Shown piece by piece: positions 1 to 11,518 of a stretch of 64,000 nucleotides of DNA. The notes below the pieces were generated by a model. It made no database searches. It saw only the letters and a list, made by a program, of their open reading frames with translations, and was not told the origin of the DNA. Numbering within the stretch: position 1 is the first letter of the stretch; every line of letters starts with the position of its first letter. The DNA is from Moniliella sp. 'wahieum' (lineage: Eukaryota), in NCBI GenBank assembly GCA_003971905.1, contig RSEE01000034.1, positions 62,001-126,000 of the forward strand, in the 5' to 3' direction. A program made the position numbers and the translations under genes.

Positions 1-3000
1 ACACAACAGCCCAGCGCCCTCGCGTGCAACGGCGCGGACGTTGCCCCCGCGGACGAAGCGTCGGGTACAGAAGCACGCGAACCTGCGCCTGAGGAATGGT
101 GGCCACAGACTCTACGTGACCTGGCATCCACGGGCCAGTTCAAGTTGGCGGACGAGATGCCGGAGGAAGATCGGAACCGGTTCTTTGGTACGGCCGACCC
201 GCATCCTATTGCTTACCTGCCAGGTATGACGCGCCTCCCACAAAGACGCGTGATCTGCCTACAGAAGCGTCCGGTTCTGCCCGTGCACCGGCACCGGCTC
301 CTGGGACTGATCGTGGGCTCCCGGTGGAGCCAGGCTCCGCTGTCCATCACGTCAGGGAAGTTCGCGGAGCATTCCGCCTCTGAAGCTGGCGCCGGTACGG
401 ACCCATCAGGCCTGTCTCGTTCCTCTGCTACTTCCGCCAGTCGAGGACGGAAAGGGTGAGGAACCTGATGAACCTCGTGATCTGGATGTCCAGAGTGCCG
501 ACAAGGCAGAAAGTCCTTCTGACGATGGCGATCAAAACGCAGACGATGCTCCGTACATTGGGACTGCCAAGGAATTTTGGGACGGTCAGGCCGACATCGA
601 GCCGGATTCCGACGAAGAAGAGAAAGTTGATGCGACTCCCAGTAAGGTAACATCGCACCAGGAGATCCTTCCTCTCGGGGGATTGCGAACCCCCACACCC
701 TTCCTCCTGGTTCGGCATCTCATGAGCCAAGCTTGGAACCTGAGGGGTCCGAGGCCCGGTCGGTACCTGGTGCGTCGGTTCAAACAGCAAGCAAGCCAAC
801 GAAAAAGGAAACTGATCCTCCAGCCACTCTGGCTCCGCCGGCCCACCCCGAAGCCGGGGTCTCAGACTTCGCACCAAGCGAACCTGGGCGAGGGACCGAG
901 ACGGATTCCCTTGCTGGGGGAGAAGAGCTGGTTCGGATAGGACCGAGACCCACGTTCCCCAGCCCTTGCCCGCTGTGATGGAAGATGATGCTGCGGATGA
1001 GGGTAAAGCGGGGGAAACTGTTGATTCACCCTATTCTTCTCTTTCTGACGAGGCGACGCGGCGTGTTGCCGAGCCTTCTCAGCAGCTGCAAACGGAGGCG
1101 AAACCCTTGATAAAGATATACCTCCGCAGCTGGAGAACGAGGTGAAGATGCGACTGGGAATAGCGTGATTACACCGCCGACGGTTTTGGACAGTTCGCTG
1201 CCTCCAGCTGGTTCCCCCAGCCCAGTTCAAACAGCTGCTCCGATCAAAGCTGCATCCGTGGTCGACAACACATCTTCATTCCATCCAGAACCTGATGCGC
1301 TGGTGGCAAAGCCTTTCTCAACCAAAGTCCCCTCAGAAAGGCTTCCTCGACGAGTGCTCCTTCGACCAAGGCTTCCTCATTCGGGACTTCCTCATCTAAG
1401 GTGTCCTCAGCCACGTCTCCCGCCTCAGAAGCTTCTTCGATCCAGGCCCGATCGGTCCAGGTAGCTTCGGAGGCGAAGGATCTCTCTCAAGCTACGGCTC
1501 GGGCACTGTCTATGATTGCCCCATCTTCCCCTCCATCAAAGAGTGGAGCAATGCCGGTTTCTACGGACTCACGTTCCCCTTTGCACGGCCATTCGAAGTA
1601 ATGCTGGAACGGTCCCAAGCTGATCCTGTATCGGACGTTGTCCATGCTGCCCTGGATACGCCACGTGAGAGTGCGAGACGTTCTGCTGCGGTCGAGGTTG
1701 AAGATATTTCCGAAGCAAGCGGGGCTACTGCTAAGAGCTCGGGTACCGAGAACGGGGACCGACACTTTACTGAGCCAGACCAAGCCGCCATCCCCGACGA
1801 GAAGGATGCACGCTCTGCGGCCCGCCGGTCAGTACGCTCAACTGGCAAAAAAGCAACAAGAGCGGTACGGTGAACTGGTCGGGGCGTTGCAAGAGATGAA
1901 CCACTGGTTGTCCGCCGACGCTCCTCGTCGGGCGGAAGAATGGCGGCGGTTAGGGCAGACCATCACAGACCTCAACCGTGGATTCAGTTCCATGCCAGAC
2001 GCCACAGCGCAAGAGATCGCTCGTCAACTCGCTGACGCAGCTCACAGTGCTGCCTTAGCGGCTGAAGCTACGACTGGCCATACGTCGCCCCCGGGCCCGA
2101 GTGCAATCGCGTCGCCAGCTCGCTCCAACTCCAGCAAGTCGATTCCGTCTCCGACACTTGTCCGAGGTTCGGCCCAGCGGTCCCTTCCCGACGAGGCGTC
2201 AGTAGCTGGTGATCCTCTGGGCCGGGATGAGCGCGAGGAATCGGATGCTATCGACCCAGCTCGTGCACGCTCTCTCCCCACCGCCTCGAGTGTACCGGCC
2301 AAACCTCCGGCTTCCCCAAGTGGCACAGCGTTCTATACTGTGGCAGAGACCCAAATCCGTAACTGGCGCAAGAGTGTGACCGCCTCATCCCCCAGCCAAC
2401 CTGCTTCCGTTGGCTCAGCTAGCCCAAGACATACACCTGCTTTGTCGGCGCGCGCTCTCCCTACTTCCAAAGGAGAGTCCAAAGTGAGCACTGGATCTCA
2501 AAGCGCTCACTTGTCTGACACGGGTAACACCAGATCGCCACTTGACGGCCTGCCACGCGCAGTGCCAGGGAGCGCAAGCGAGGACGTCTTCGAGCCGACA
2601 GGCGAGGTGGGCGAGCCTGGATCACATGAACTTGCACCTGAAGCGCCGGACGGGTCTGAGCGTGCACCCGAGTTGCCCGAAGCCCAAGTGCTCTCTGTGC
2701 AAGTCCAACCGGTGGCGACCCATGAGGAGACCGAAGCTGATCAGGTGCATTCGGACGAGCTCAAGCCCGTTGGGCCAGAGTCTGTGGGAAGTGGGACGAC
2801 GCAGCCTGCAGCCGCACCCTCGGTTGGGAACCTGCACCACCAGTTGGGCGCGGGGACCTCTGTGTACGTGACGCCTGCTGAGCCTCCGTCCGAGTTTGGG
2901 GGCGCCATGGCGGATGTGCCGCCGAAGCAAGGTTCCCAACATCGAGGTGCAGAAGCGATCGCGGCTTGGGGGGATGTACCGAGCAGCCCTAACTCGGTTG

Positions 3001-5286
3001 CTGAGCATACCCCCGAGACGCCCAAGTCCGAATCGGCCATTTTGAGCAACATGGCCCAGTCCGTTGCAGATGACAATCTCGAAGATGGAGAGGGATCCGA
3101 GGCCGCATCCACCAACCTTGGCCTTATCGAAGGAGAACCCCATGGGGAGGTGCAATCGCCATCCGAGCTATTGCTTTCTCCTCGGGAACCGACGAAAGAA
3201 ACCCATGATGCGCACAAGCCACCATCTGAGGGGCACAGTCCGACGACCAGGTCACTTGCTCCCGCTACACCGCATTCGACTGTATATTACCCTGCGCCTG
3301 AACCGGACGAATCGCACCACGGTTCTCCCGACTTGGGGGCTCTGGCAGAGGAGGTGGCCCATGAAGATGCGCCAGGTCCACCAGCTAGTCCGGCCCAAGT
3401 GTCTCGCTACATCCAGTCGCTGTACAGCCGAATCAACTCTCCCGTTCCGTCGACGGCATACGGGACGCCTAAGGAGGTAGCTACTTGGATGGACCCCAAC
3501 CCCGATAGCGGGCTCAAGGCCGCGCCCGGTGAAGCCAAATCTGACTCACCATCCCTGGAGGAAGAGCCAGAGCAACACACTGAGCTCAAGCTGGCTCCGC
3601 AGGATGCTTCCCAGGATTCTGCTGCCTCTGAGAGCAAGGATGCTCCTCCTCTTGACAGTGCGAAGGTGGCCGATGCTACCAAGGGTGGTGCCGAGCCTGG
3701 CTCAACTGCCGATGGAGATGGATCCGCCGGAAAAGACCGGGGCGGTGACATGGAGGATGGGGGTGTCAGCCCCGAAGGCGATCGAGCCGTGGAGGAAGAA
3801 TTTGCTATGGCTGATGCTGGCACCGACACTCACGATGCTGAAGATGTCAAAGCAGCAGAGACCGAGGCGAAGAAGAAAGCCGACGAAGCTGAGGCTGCGG
3901 CTGAGGGCAAGACCTTGGCAGACACAGCAGAGGTTGGGGCGAAGGTTGCCGAGGAGGCACTTGCCAAGGCAAAGGCTGAAGAAGAAGCGGCAGCCAAGGC
4001 CGAAGCGGATAAGAAGGCAGCGGCAGAGAAGGCAGAGGCCGATGCCCAAGCTGCCGAAGCTGCCAAGAAAAAGAAAGCCGCTTTTGACAAGGCGGTTAGT
4101 GAGACGCACGCCAACGTCCAAGCTATGGCGAAGGCTATGGAGGCCATTCTGCAAGACATGATGTCCGGGAGAGCCAACAAGGCCAAGCAAGATGAAGAGC
4201 TCAAGGCACTTGATGCAGCTCGTGCTGAGGCCTTGCTCGCACACCAACAGGCCACCGTTGATCTTCTCCAAAAGGAACGCGAAGCCCAAGCTCGCCTCAT
4301 TCAGTCTCTCACTGAGAAGGTATGTCTATGTCTCTAGGGAGCGACGCAAATGTAAACTAACATGTATGGTTCCAGATCGATGCTCTTAAGCAGGCTCAAG
4401 ATCAAGAACGTGCCTCCCAGCAGATACAGGACCATGAACGTGATCCTCAGCCTGGTGTGTACAGACAACCCGCTACAACTGCTGGAAATAATGCTAACCT
4501 TTCCTGACATTAGCGATCCACGCTTTAGCCGAAGTGGTTAACGAAAGCACCCAGATGCACACAACACAGTTCAACAAGACCAACCAAGCTGTTCAAGATC
4601 TGATGAACCAGATGCTTCAGCAACAGCATGCCCATCATGGTGAGGTGGTCGGAGCTGTTTCCTCGGCCGGCGGGGCCTGTGCCAAAGCCACTGCCGAGGC
4701 GAGCGCGGCGGAAATGAAGAAGGTCTTGGGCAAGGAAGTGTTACGGATGTTTGAGGAGGTGGGCCGGATTCGGGAGAGCAAACGTTCTGTCGAACACGAG
4801 TTAAGTGAGCTGTTCCAGATGCGCGCGAAATACGGAAAAGGTATGCCTCTCCGGGGTGGTGGGCGCGCACTTGCTCCTGCATCTATTGCCCCGCCCAAGT
4901 CGCCTGCCAGGTCGGCTCCCCCTGCGCCCGCTAGCCCAGGTAAACCAGCCTCCGAGGCACCACCATCGCCTACCCGACTACCTGTTCCATCGCCTGCTCC
5001 GCCACCAGTTCCGTCACCTGACCTGCCCCCTATCCCCTCGGCCGTCCCACCACCAGTTCCATCACCTGACCTGCCCCCCATCCCATCGGCATCGCCTGCG
5101 CCACCTCCCCCCCCATCCCGGCCACCTTCGCCTCCCAAGCCAGCGCAGCCTTCGGTCCATGCGGCGAAACCGCCATCGCGTCGGCCGTGTCTTCCCATGC
5201 CACCTACGTTCGGCAAGTTACCCTGGTCGACCAGCATGCCCGCTCGCGGAAGTCATCCTTCGCCTCCGGGGGGGATGATGCGGTAG
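1..5286 (+). CDS. Large low-complexity (S/P/A/E-rich) protein with coiled-coil segments and Pro-rich C-terminus; 5' end probably outside the window
   Basis: ORF 1638-4337 joins in frame to ORF 4534-5286 through two canonical introns: 4320-4375 (GTATGT..ACTAAC..CAG) and 4455-4513 (GTGTGT..GCTAAC..TAG). Bases 1-1870 have the same coding style but switch frame several times, so their inclusion is less certain. Confidence 0.65.
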
Positions 5287-6859
5287 GGCGAGTGTGACTG
5301 CATGGCGGGAACTTATTGGCGCACATTTGCCTGTCTACATGTGGCCTTCTCGAGTTGGGTGTGTGGGGGGATGGAGTTGCTGGTCCTATCCATTCAGCTG
5401 TACCCAGGCAGTAGGCTGTTCTCTGCGCTGTTAGCCTTGCTCGGTACTCGCCCTCTTCCTGTGGCATGCTGCGGTCATCGATATTCGAGCCATCCTGAGC
5501 CGGGCCCAGGGTGCGCTGCGCGTATAAGTACGTTTGTATGTTTTCTCTTCTCCCCACGCTAAAAACTACCCGTCCGACCCAAGGTTTGGATCGGAGGCAT
5601 GTGTGGTGGGCTATTGCAATGTCGCCGTCCTTGTTTGTGCTATGTATCTCCACCATACCCCCCTTTCCCCACGAGCCTGCCTGGACCTTCGCATGAGCGC
5701 GGTGCAGTACAAGCTACCTGTAGTGGAGCTGATGCGACCAGTAGGCGGCCCCGGGGGATGTTGGACGTTGGTACTTTAGTAGTGCAAGATGAGAAGGTGC
5801 GGGAACCATGCGCCACTAATCTGTACCTGAGTGCCAAGTGTGCCCCGCTTGCAATTTCAGCTGCTGGGTTCTCGTTCTGGCCTGCTCGCGTCGGGCGCAC
5901 GTGACTCGCGTCACTAGTGACTGCTTAGGCTGGCGCTACTGCACTACTGGGGCCGAGCCATAGCACAAGACGTCACTGGCACACGTCATCGATCGATCAC
6001 CGCGTCATGTGTGACGCGTGACGCGTGACCGTCAACACCCTTCGGTTCAACTAGCCCAATTGAACTACAGCTTCAGGCTGAACTTCAGCTTCAAGCTTTG
6101 GCTTCAGCCCGCTCAAACACTCGGGCGTATACATCGTTCGGTTGGGCAGCCGCCCGCCCAGTCTCCATCCTCATCTGAGGCCCGTCGCCAGCACCTCAGC
6201 CAGGCGCCCTGAGGCCTGAGGCCTGGTGTTCGCCGCTTGGTTGCTAATGTCAAGCCATCCCATTACTAATGGCCACAGTGGCCGCACCCCGTCGGGGGCC
6301 GTGCGCACCAGCAATAGCATCTCTCAGATCTCAAGATTGATATTGCTATTGAACTTCAAGCTTCACTCAAGTGCCCGACGTGACTGGGTGACCGATCCTA
6401 CTAGTCCGCGCTCTGATTGCTGCCCTGAGGCCTTTTGCCTGAGATCTGGACGTCTGAGATCCTGGCATCATCGATCGGACCGATCAAACAGGCCCACAGA
6501 AGACATCATCCTGACCCTCAGACCTCAGGGCCTCAGCCTGAGCAGGCTAGTCCGTGCCGCGTATTACTGCGTGGCAATAGCTCTGTACAGAGAGCGTATA
6601 GGCCCAGCGCCAGTATTAGCCTTGGGATTCCAGTTGTGCAAACCTTGTCCCGGCCCACCATCCCATGCCACCAACCTTTTGGAGCTCCTCCATCGTCCGC
6701 ACTCTTCCTACCGCTCCCCACCGTATCCTCTCCTCCTCGGCTCGTCGCTTGCCCAACCGAGCGTTTCTTGGTGCCGTGTCTGGATCCTCCTGCAAGCCCT
6801 CCCTTCCCTCCGCGACTGATCTAGTGTTTTCCCCCGCCACACCTCGCTTTTCTTCGAGC

Positions 6860-7799
6860 ATGTCCTTGCCCCAAGCTGTCGAGGCGCCTCTGAGCCGCGT
6901 TGCTACCTTCCTCGTCGTCCGCATCCACCCTTCAGCCGAAGCGATGGACACGGCGCGGGAAACGGTATCCGGCATAGCGGATTTGATCAAGAACGTTGGC
7001 TTTCGGGACCGCACAGCGCACCTTTCGTGCATCGTGGGTATTGGGAGCGAAGTATGGGACGAGTTGACGCACCTTGCGCGTCCATCGGAACTTCATCCGT
7101 TCAAAGAGGTCAAAGGTGCTAAGCATACTGCCCCCTCTACCCCCGGGGACCTTCTTTTCCACATTCGTTCCGAACGTGCGGACCTGGCGTTTGAGCTGGA
7201 ACGGCAGCTGCTCACCGCGCTGCAAGGCGCAGTCGAGGTGGTGGACGAAACCCACGGGTTCAGTTACTTTGATGCTCGTGACCTGCTAGGCTTTGTGGAT
7301 GGAACGGCGAACCCGGTGGGATCGGCGGTAACGGATGCGGTTGTCGTCGCTCCGTCCGAGGCAGCTACGGCTGGCAAAACGGCTGTAGGCGGGAGCTATG
7401 TGGTGGTGCAAAAGTACGTGCACGATATGGGCGGCTGGGGGAAACTCAAGACGGAAGACCAAGAACGTATTATTGGGCGTACCAAGTTGGATAATGTCGA
7501 GTTACCCGATGCGCCCGAGGGGACGCAGCAGAGCCACAAGTCACTCAACACGATTGAGAAGGATGGAGAGGAAGTGGACATTTTGCGGGACAACATGCCC
7601 TTTGGTCGGCCGGGCCAAGGTGAATTTGGCACGTACTTTATTGGTTACACGCGCCAACTGTGGGTGGTGGAGAAAATGTTGGAACGCATGTTCATTGGTC
7701 ATCCTCCCGGTTTGCATGATCGTATCCTCGACTTTTCCACCCCTCACGGGATCCACCTTCTTCTGCCCTGCTGCGGACGTGCTGGAGGCCCTGGAGTGA
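6860..7799 (+). CDS. Dye-decolorizing peroxidase (DyP), bacterial class B/P-like, intronless
   Basis: MSLPQAVEAPLSRVATFLV start; GXXDG motif (RDLLGFVDGTANP); GGSYVVVQKYVHD; IIGRTK; proximal His (SHK); distal Arg (ILRDNMPFG); GTYFIGY. The C-terminus LTGSTFFCP lies in another frame after a C-run indel near 7740. Confidence 0.93.
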
Positions 7800-8264
7800 T
7801 CGGCAGACGTGCTTCGGAAGATAAACGTACGAGAGCCTTGTTGGCAATGGATCTGGATCTACCTCATCGCGCATTTTCATTGTGCTTTTGGCCGTCATGC
7901 CATGTCGACTGTAGTAGTCGACGCTCACGCTTGTGGGGAAATATTGTGTAAAGGAAAGCGTTGGACAGTTGATTGACACTTGACAGTTTTTTCATGGCTC
8001 ACAGTTGGTTCCAGGTAAACGTTAGCGCCATACTCTTGTATCTTCAACCGATCGCTCTCAAAAACTCATTATTTGTCACAACTATCTCCAAGTCCCCCTC
8101 CAAGTCCCCGGGGCATCCACCGGCGACGCATCAAATCCCAGAGAATAAGTGGAGATATCATTGCTTGTGCGTTGAACTTGTGTATTACATGGTGGGGCAA
8201 AATGGTCACGAGAGTTGATGGCAAGTAGTGCGGGAAGGGAGAGGTGAAGCGCCAGTTAAGAGCA

Positions 8265-8308
8265 CAGTACGGATCCAGTACGGATCCAGTACGCACCCAG
8301 TACGCACC
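8265..8308. repeat. 11-bp tandem repeat x4
   Basis: CAGTACGGATC x2 then CAGTACGCACC x2, read directly. Confidence 0.9.
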
Positions 8309-8626
8309 CCCCTGCCCTTCTCAAGATAAGTGATAAGAGTAGAGTGGTGTGGAGACAGAGCGGACTGGACACCGAGTCCAGCCACGAGTACAAAAGACTT
8401 TGGCCAGTAGCACGTAACACGAGCGAGGAGCGAGTGACGGGGGACAGGAGCGACAGACCAGAAGGGGATACAAAGTAGTACAACGTTGGTTAGGAGATAG
8501 AGAGATAGAGAGAGGGAGAGAGAAAAAAGAAAACAGCACAGGTCACCCATCACACTGGCCACGCCAGATCCCGACGGTCACCGGTCACGTCACATGTCAT
8601 CGAGTCATCGACATCGATCATCAAAA

Positions 8627-9637
8627 TCAAAGGTCCATCTCGAACATGGTCCTCGGCTGGTCATCTTCAGCTTGTTGGTTGGCATCGTCCACTCCGTCCT
8701 GCAGCACCGCATAGGGGTTGGACATAACCGGGCGGGTTTGCGCATCGTCGACAGAAGTTTCTTTCGCTGTACTATCCCTCGCCCGGCCCTTGCGGTCCTT
8801 AGTGGGCGCAACGTTTTCACTCGGTGCGGTGCGGGAGCCCGGGGTTGAACTGTGACGCGACGTGCGGCGGGTAAGAGGTGAAGAGCTCAACTTGACCGAA
8901 GGCGAGGAGCTAAGTTTAGCGCCATGGGAAGGCGGGCTGGACCCCTGCCCTTCGCGACGGGGGTGGCGGTCGCCATGGGCATGGTGACCCTGCACCACTT
9001 TCCAGTTGCCCTGCCCCGACTGCCCCGACTGCCCCGACGCAACAGGAGATGTGCCAACGACAAATCCGCGCTGTGTGCGGGTCCGAGCGTCCGGTCCGGG
9101 ATGCCGGTTGGCAGTGTTCCAATGGGGCTTGCGATGTGGGCCAGGTTGCGAGGGCGGGCTACGGGCAAGGTCGCCCGAGTGGCTGGGGCGACGCGGGTGA
9201 CGGAAATGGCGCGCAAAGGGAGAGGTAGAATACGCATACGCATCCGCCGACCCGGGACTTGTTGCCATCCCAGCAAAAGACTGCGAAAGGGTGTCCAAGC
9301 CATCCGAGGGGCCCGTGGGCGAACGGGCAATGGACGCGGGCAACTGGCCATCGCCACCACCCAAAACGGTGCGGTAAATCTTATCGGCGCCAGGGGGTGC
9401 GTGGGCGAGTGGGCTGGCCGCTAGAGCAAGCAGCTGCTCACGCGTGTAGCGGTACAGCTTGCGCGGGGCGAGCGGGGCGCCAAGGGCAGGAGCCGGGTCG
9501 GCAACGGTGACGGCATTGGTGCTGCTGTTGACGGGGCGCGGGGCGGGGCGGGCAGCGGTGCCAAGCGAGGGCAGGGTGAGGCCCGGGGGCGGGCGGGAGT
9601 GGATGGCGATGGGCGCAGCAGCGTCAACGGTGGCCAT
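8627..9637 (-). CDS. eIF4E-binding protein (4E-BP-like translational repressor)
   Basis: YXXXXL-phi motif YTREQLL followed by ALAASPLAHAPP. C-terminal FEMDL resembles the TOS motif FEMDI of metazoan 4E-BP1. The remainder is disordered with many SP sites. Confidence 0.8.
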   Translation of the reverse strand: MATVDAAAPIAIHSRPPPGLTLPSLGTAARPAPRPVNSSTNAVTVADPAPALGAPLAPRKLYRYTREQLLALAASPLAHAPPGADKIYRTVLGGGDGQLPASIARSPTGPSDGLDTLSQSFAGMATSPGSADAYAYSTSPFARHFRHPRRPSHSGDLARSPPSQPGPHRKPHWNTANRHPGPDARTRTQRGFVVGTSPVASGQSGQSGQGNWKVVQGHHAHGDRHPRREGQGSSPPSHGAKLSSSPSVKLSSSPLTRRTSRHSSTPGSRTAPSENVAPTKDRKGRARDSTAKETSVDDAQTRPVMSNPYAVLQDGVDDANQQAEDDQPRTMFEMDL

Positions 9638-11518
9638 GGCGAGCGGGCTGGGGGAGGCAGAGCAGAGGGCGGGCAGGAGGGGATGGATGGGCGATGGGGT
9701 CGGCGCGCAAGAGGCAGCAGATAAGCAGGGTTATATATCGGGCCCAGCAGCGTTCGCCCACCTTCCAGCCGGCACGGCGGCAGTGCGGCGTGAGGCCGGG
9801 GGGGCGAGGCCGGGGAGCGGTCGTGCGGTGCTGTCGTGCTGTGTGCTGTCGTGCTGCGGCCAGCTGCAGGGGGGCTGCAGGGGGGCTGCTGCGTGTGGCA
9901 CACGAGCCTGCCTGCGTTAAAGTGCGCTGGCCTCCTGCCCGCGCCCGGCCAGCGACTGACGTCACCCGTTCCCAACCGCCGCGCCCCGCAGCAGGCCAGT
10001 CGCGCGCGTGGCCGTCCACGCGGCACTGCCCCCCTGCAAGCGGGGCGGCTCCAACCCTACCCGCCGCGAGCGTGGCGCCATTCTGGGTTGGCCTGGATTG
10101 GCTCGAGCGGAGGGGTGGGCTCATCGCCTGCATCGCGGCATCACCCACCAGCCACCAGTCATCAGTGCATCTGTCTGCCCCGGCCTTCCGCTTCCACGCC
10201 GCCCGTCCAGCTCCAGGCGCGCCTGCAGCCCATGGCTGGCGCTTGCACTACTTGCCCTCGCGCTTGCGCTCAGCCCGTCCCTCGCGGTGCTTCGCCCACT
10301 TGTCCAAGCCCAGGTGGGGTTACTACTGACTCGTCTCTCGCCTTAGGCCTTAGGCCGTAGGTCTTGGCCTTCCCGCGCTCGCTTCCCAGCCTCCGATCCC
10401 AAGCCTCAAGCCAGAGCGGAACTTGCTCTTTTCCCCCCAACCGTGCGGGGCGAGGGCGGAGGTCGAGGGGCTGTGGCCAGCAGACGTGGGGGGGCATCAT
10501 CGATGAACTGATGAACTCATCGTTCCAGGCCTCCCGGGCTCGGAGATGTTGAGAAAAGACTGAAAGCCCTAGTCTGTGGCAGTGAGTCACACTTTCGATG
10601 CGCGGGCGACCGATGATCGATGAGAGCCTCAGCGGCCGGACTTCCCCAGCTTTGTCCTGCCACATGCCATGTGCCGGGTAGGATGGCACCCTGGCAGCTA
10701 GTCCCCAAACACTCGCGTGGTTGGGTGGGCGCGGCGCGTCGTGCTAGTCAGCTAGGCGTCTAGTCCACTCAACAGCTAGTCAGCTGTTCACACGTTCACG
10801 CGTCACGCGTCACGCCCCGGCCGTTCAGGCCCAGGTTCAGTTCAGGGTGCGCGGAGAACGGAAAACACCCAACCCAACCATCCGATTCGGCGTTCCCCGC
10901 TTCAATTTCAATCTGCGTCTCTCGTCGGAGAAAGATCGACTGAACGTTCAACATCGATCATCGTGCAGCATGCATCAACATCAACTGCGTCAGCGTCTCC
11001 ATGCATCGACATTCAACATTTCAACAAGCTTGCCAGCCATGCCCAAACGACTGTCCGTAGAACACTCCGCTGCTTCGCCCCTCCTCCCATCGGTGACCCG
11101 GTGACGGGGCCGGGAGAGGGGACCCAAGGTCCCGGCCCAAGGCCCAGAGCTTACAAGTACCAAGGCTACAGCATGATGCATGGAATTGAATATGGATGAC
11201 GGGTGACTGGTGACTAGAGTTGCAGTATGCCTGGTATGGTACAGTGGACGAATCAATGCGATAGGTGGATCGTGAGCCTCAAGTTAATCCAGCAGAGGGG
11301 GGATGGCGCAACCATTGCACCTTGCACCTTGCACCTTGTACCTTGGAACGATCCGAACGGTGGCCTGATAGCCTCGGCCTCATTAGCCACCACCCACGAA
11401 CCCATAATCATTAGGATTCAATATTCAGATGGGCACGGCACCTCGGTGCGGCCGCGAGCTCGGTGCAGCTTGGCCGCGTCGACCGGCACGGGTGGCACGT
11501 GGGCCAGCGCGGGGGGGG

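Noticed and set aside
6226..6859. Upstream ORFs or an N-terminal extension of the DyP ORF (start 6665)
   Set aside because: Family similarity begins at the ATG at 6860. The extension could be a targeting peptide but is unsupported, and the other ORFs show no recognisable features.
8265..8308. CRISPR-like array (also considered for 56902-56984)
   Set aside because: Units are directly adjacent with no unique spacers, the context is eukaryotic, and no cas genes are present.
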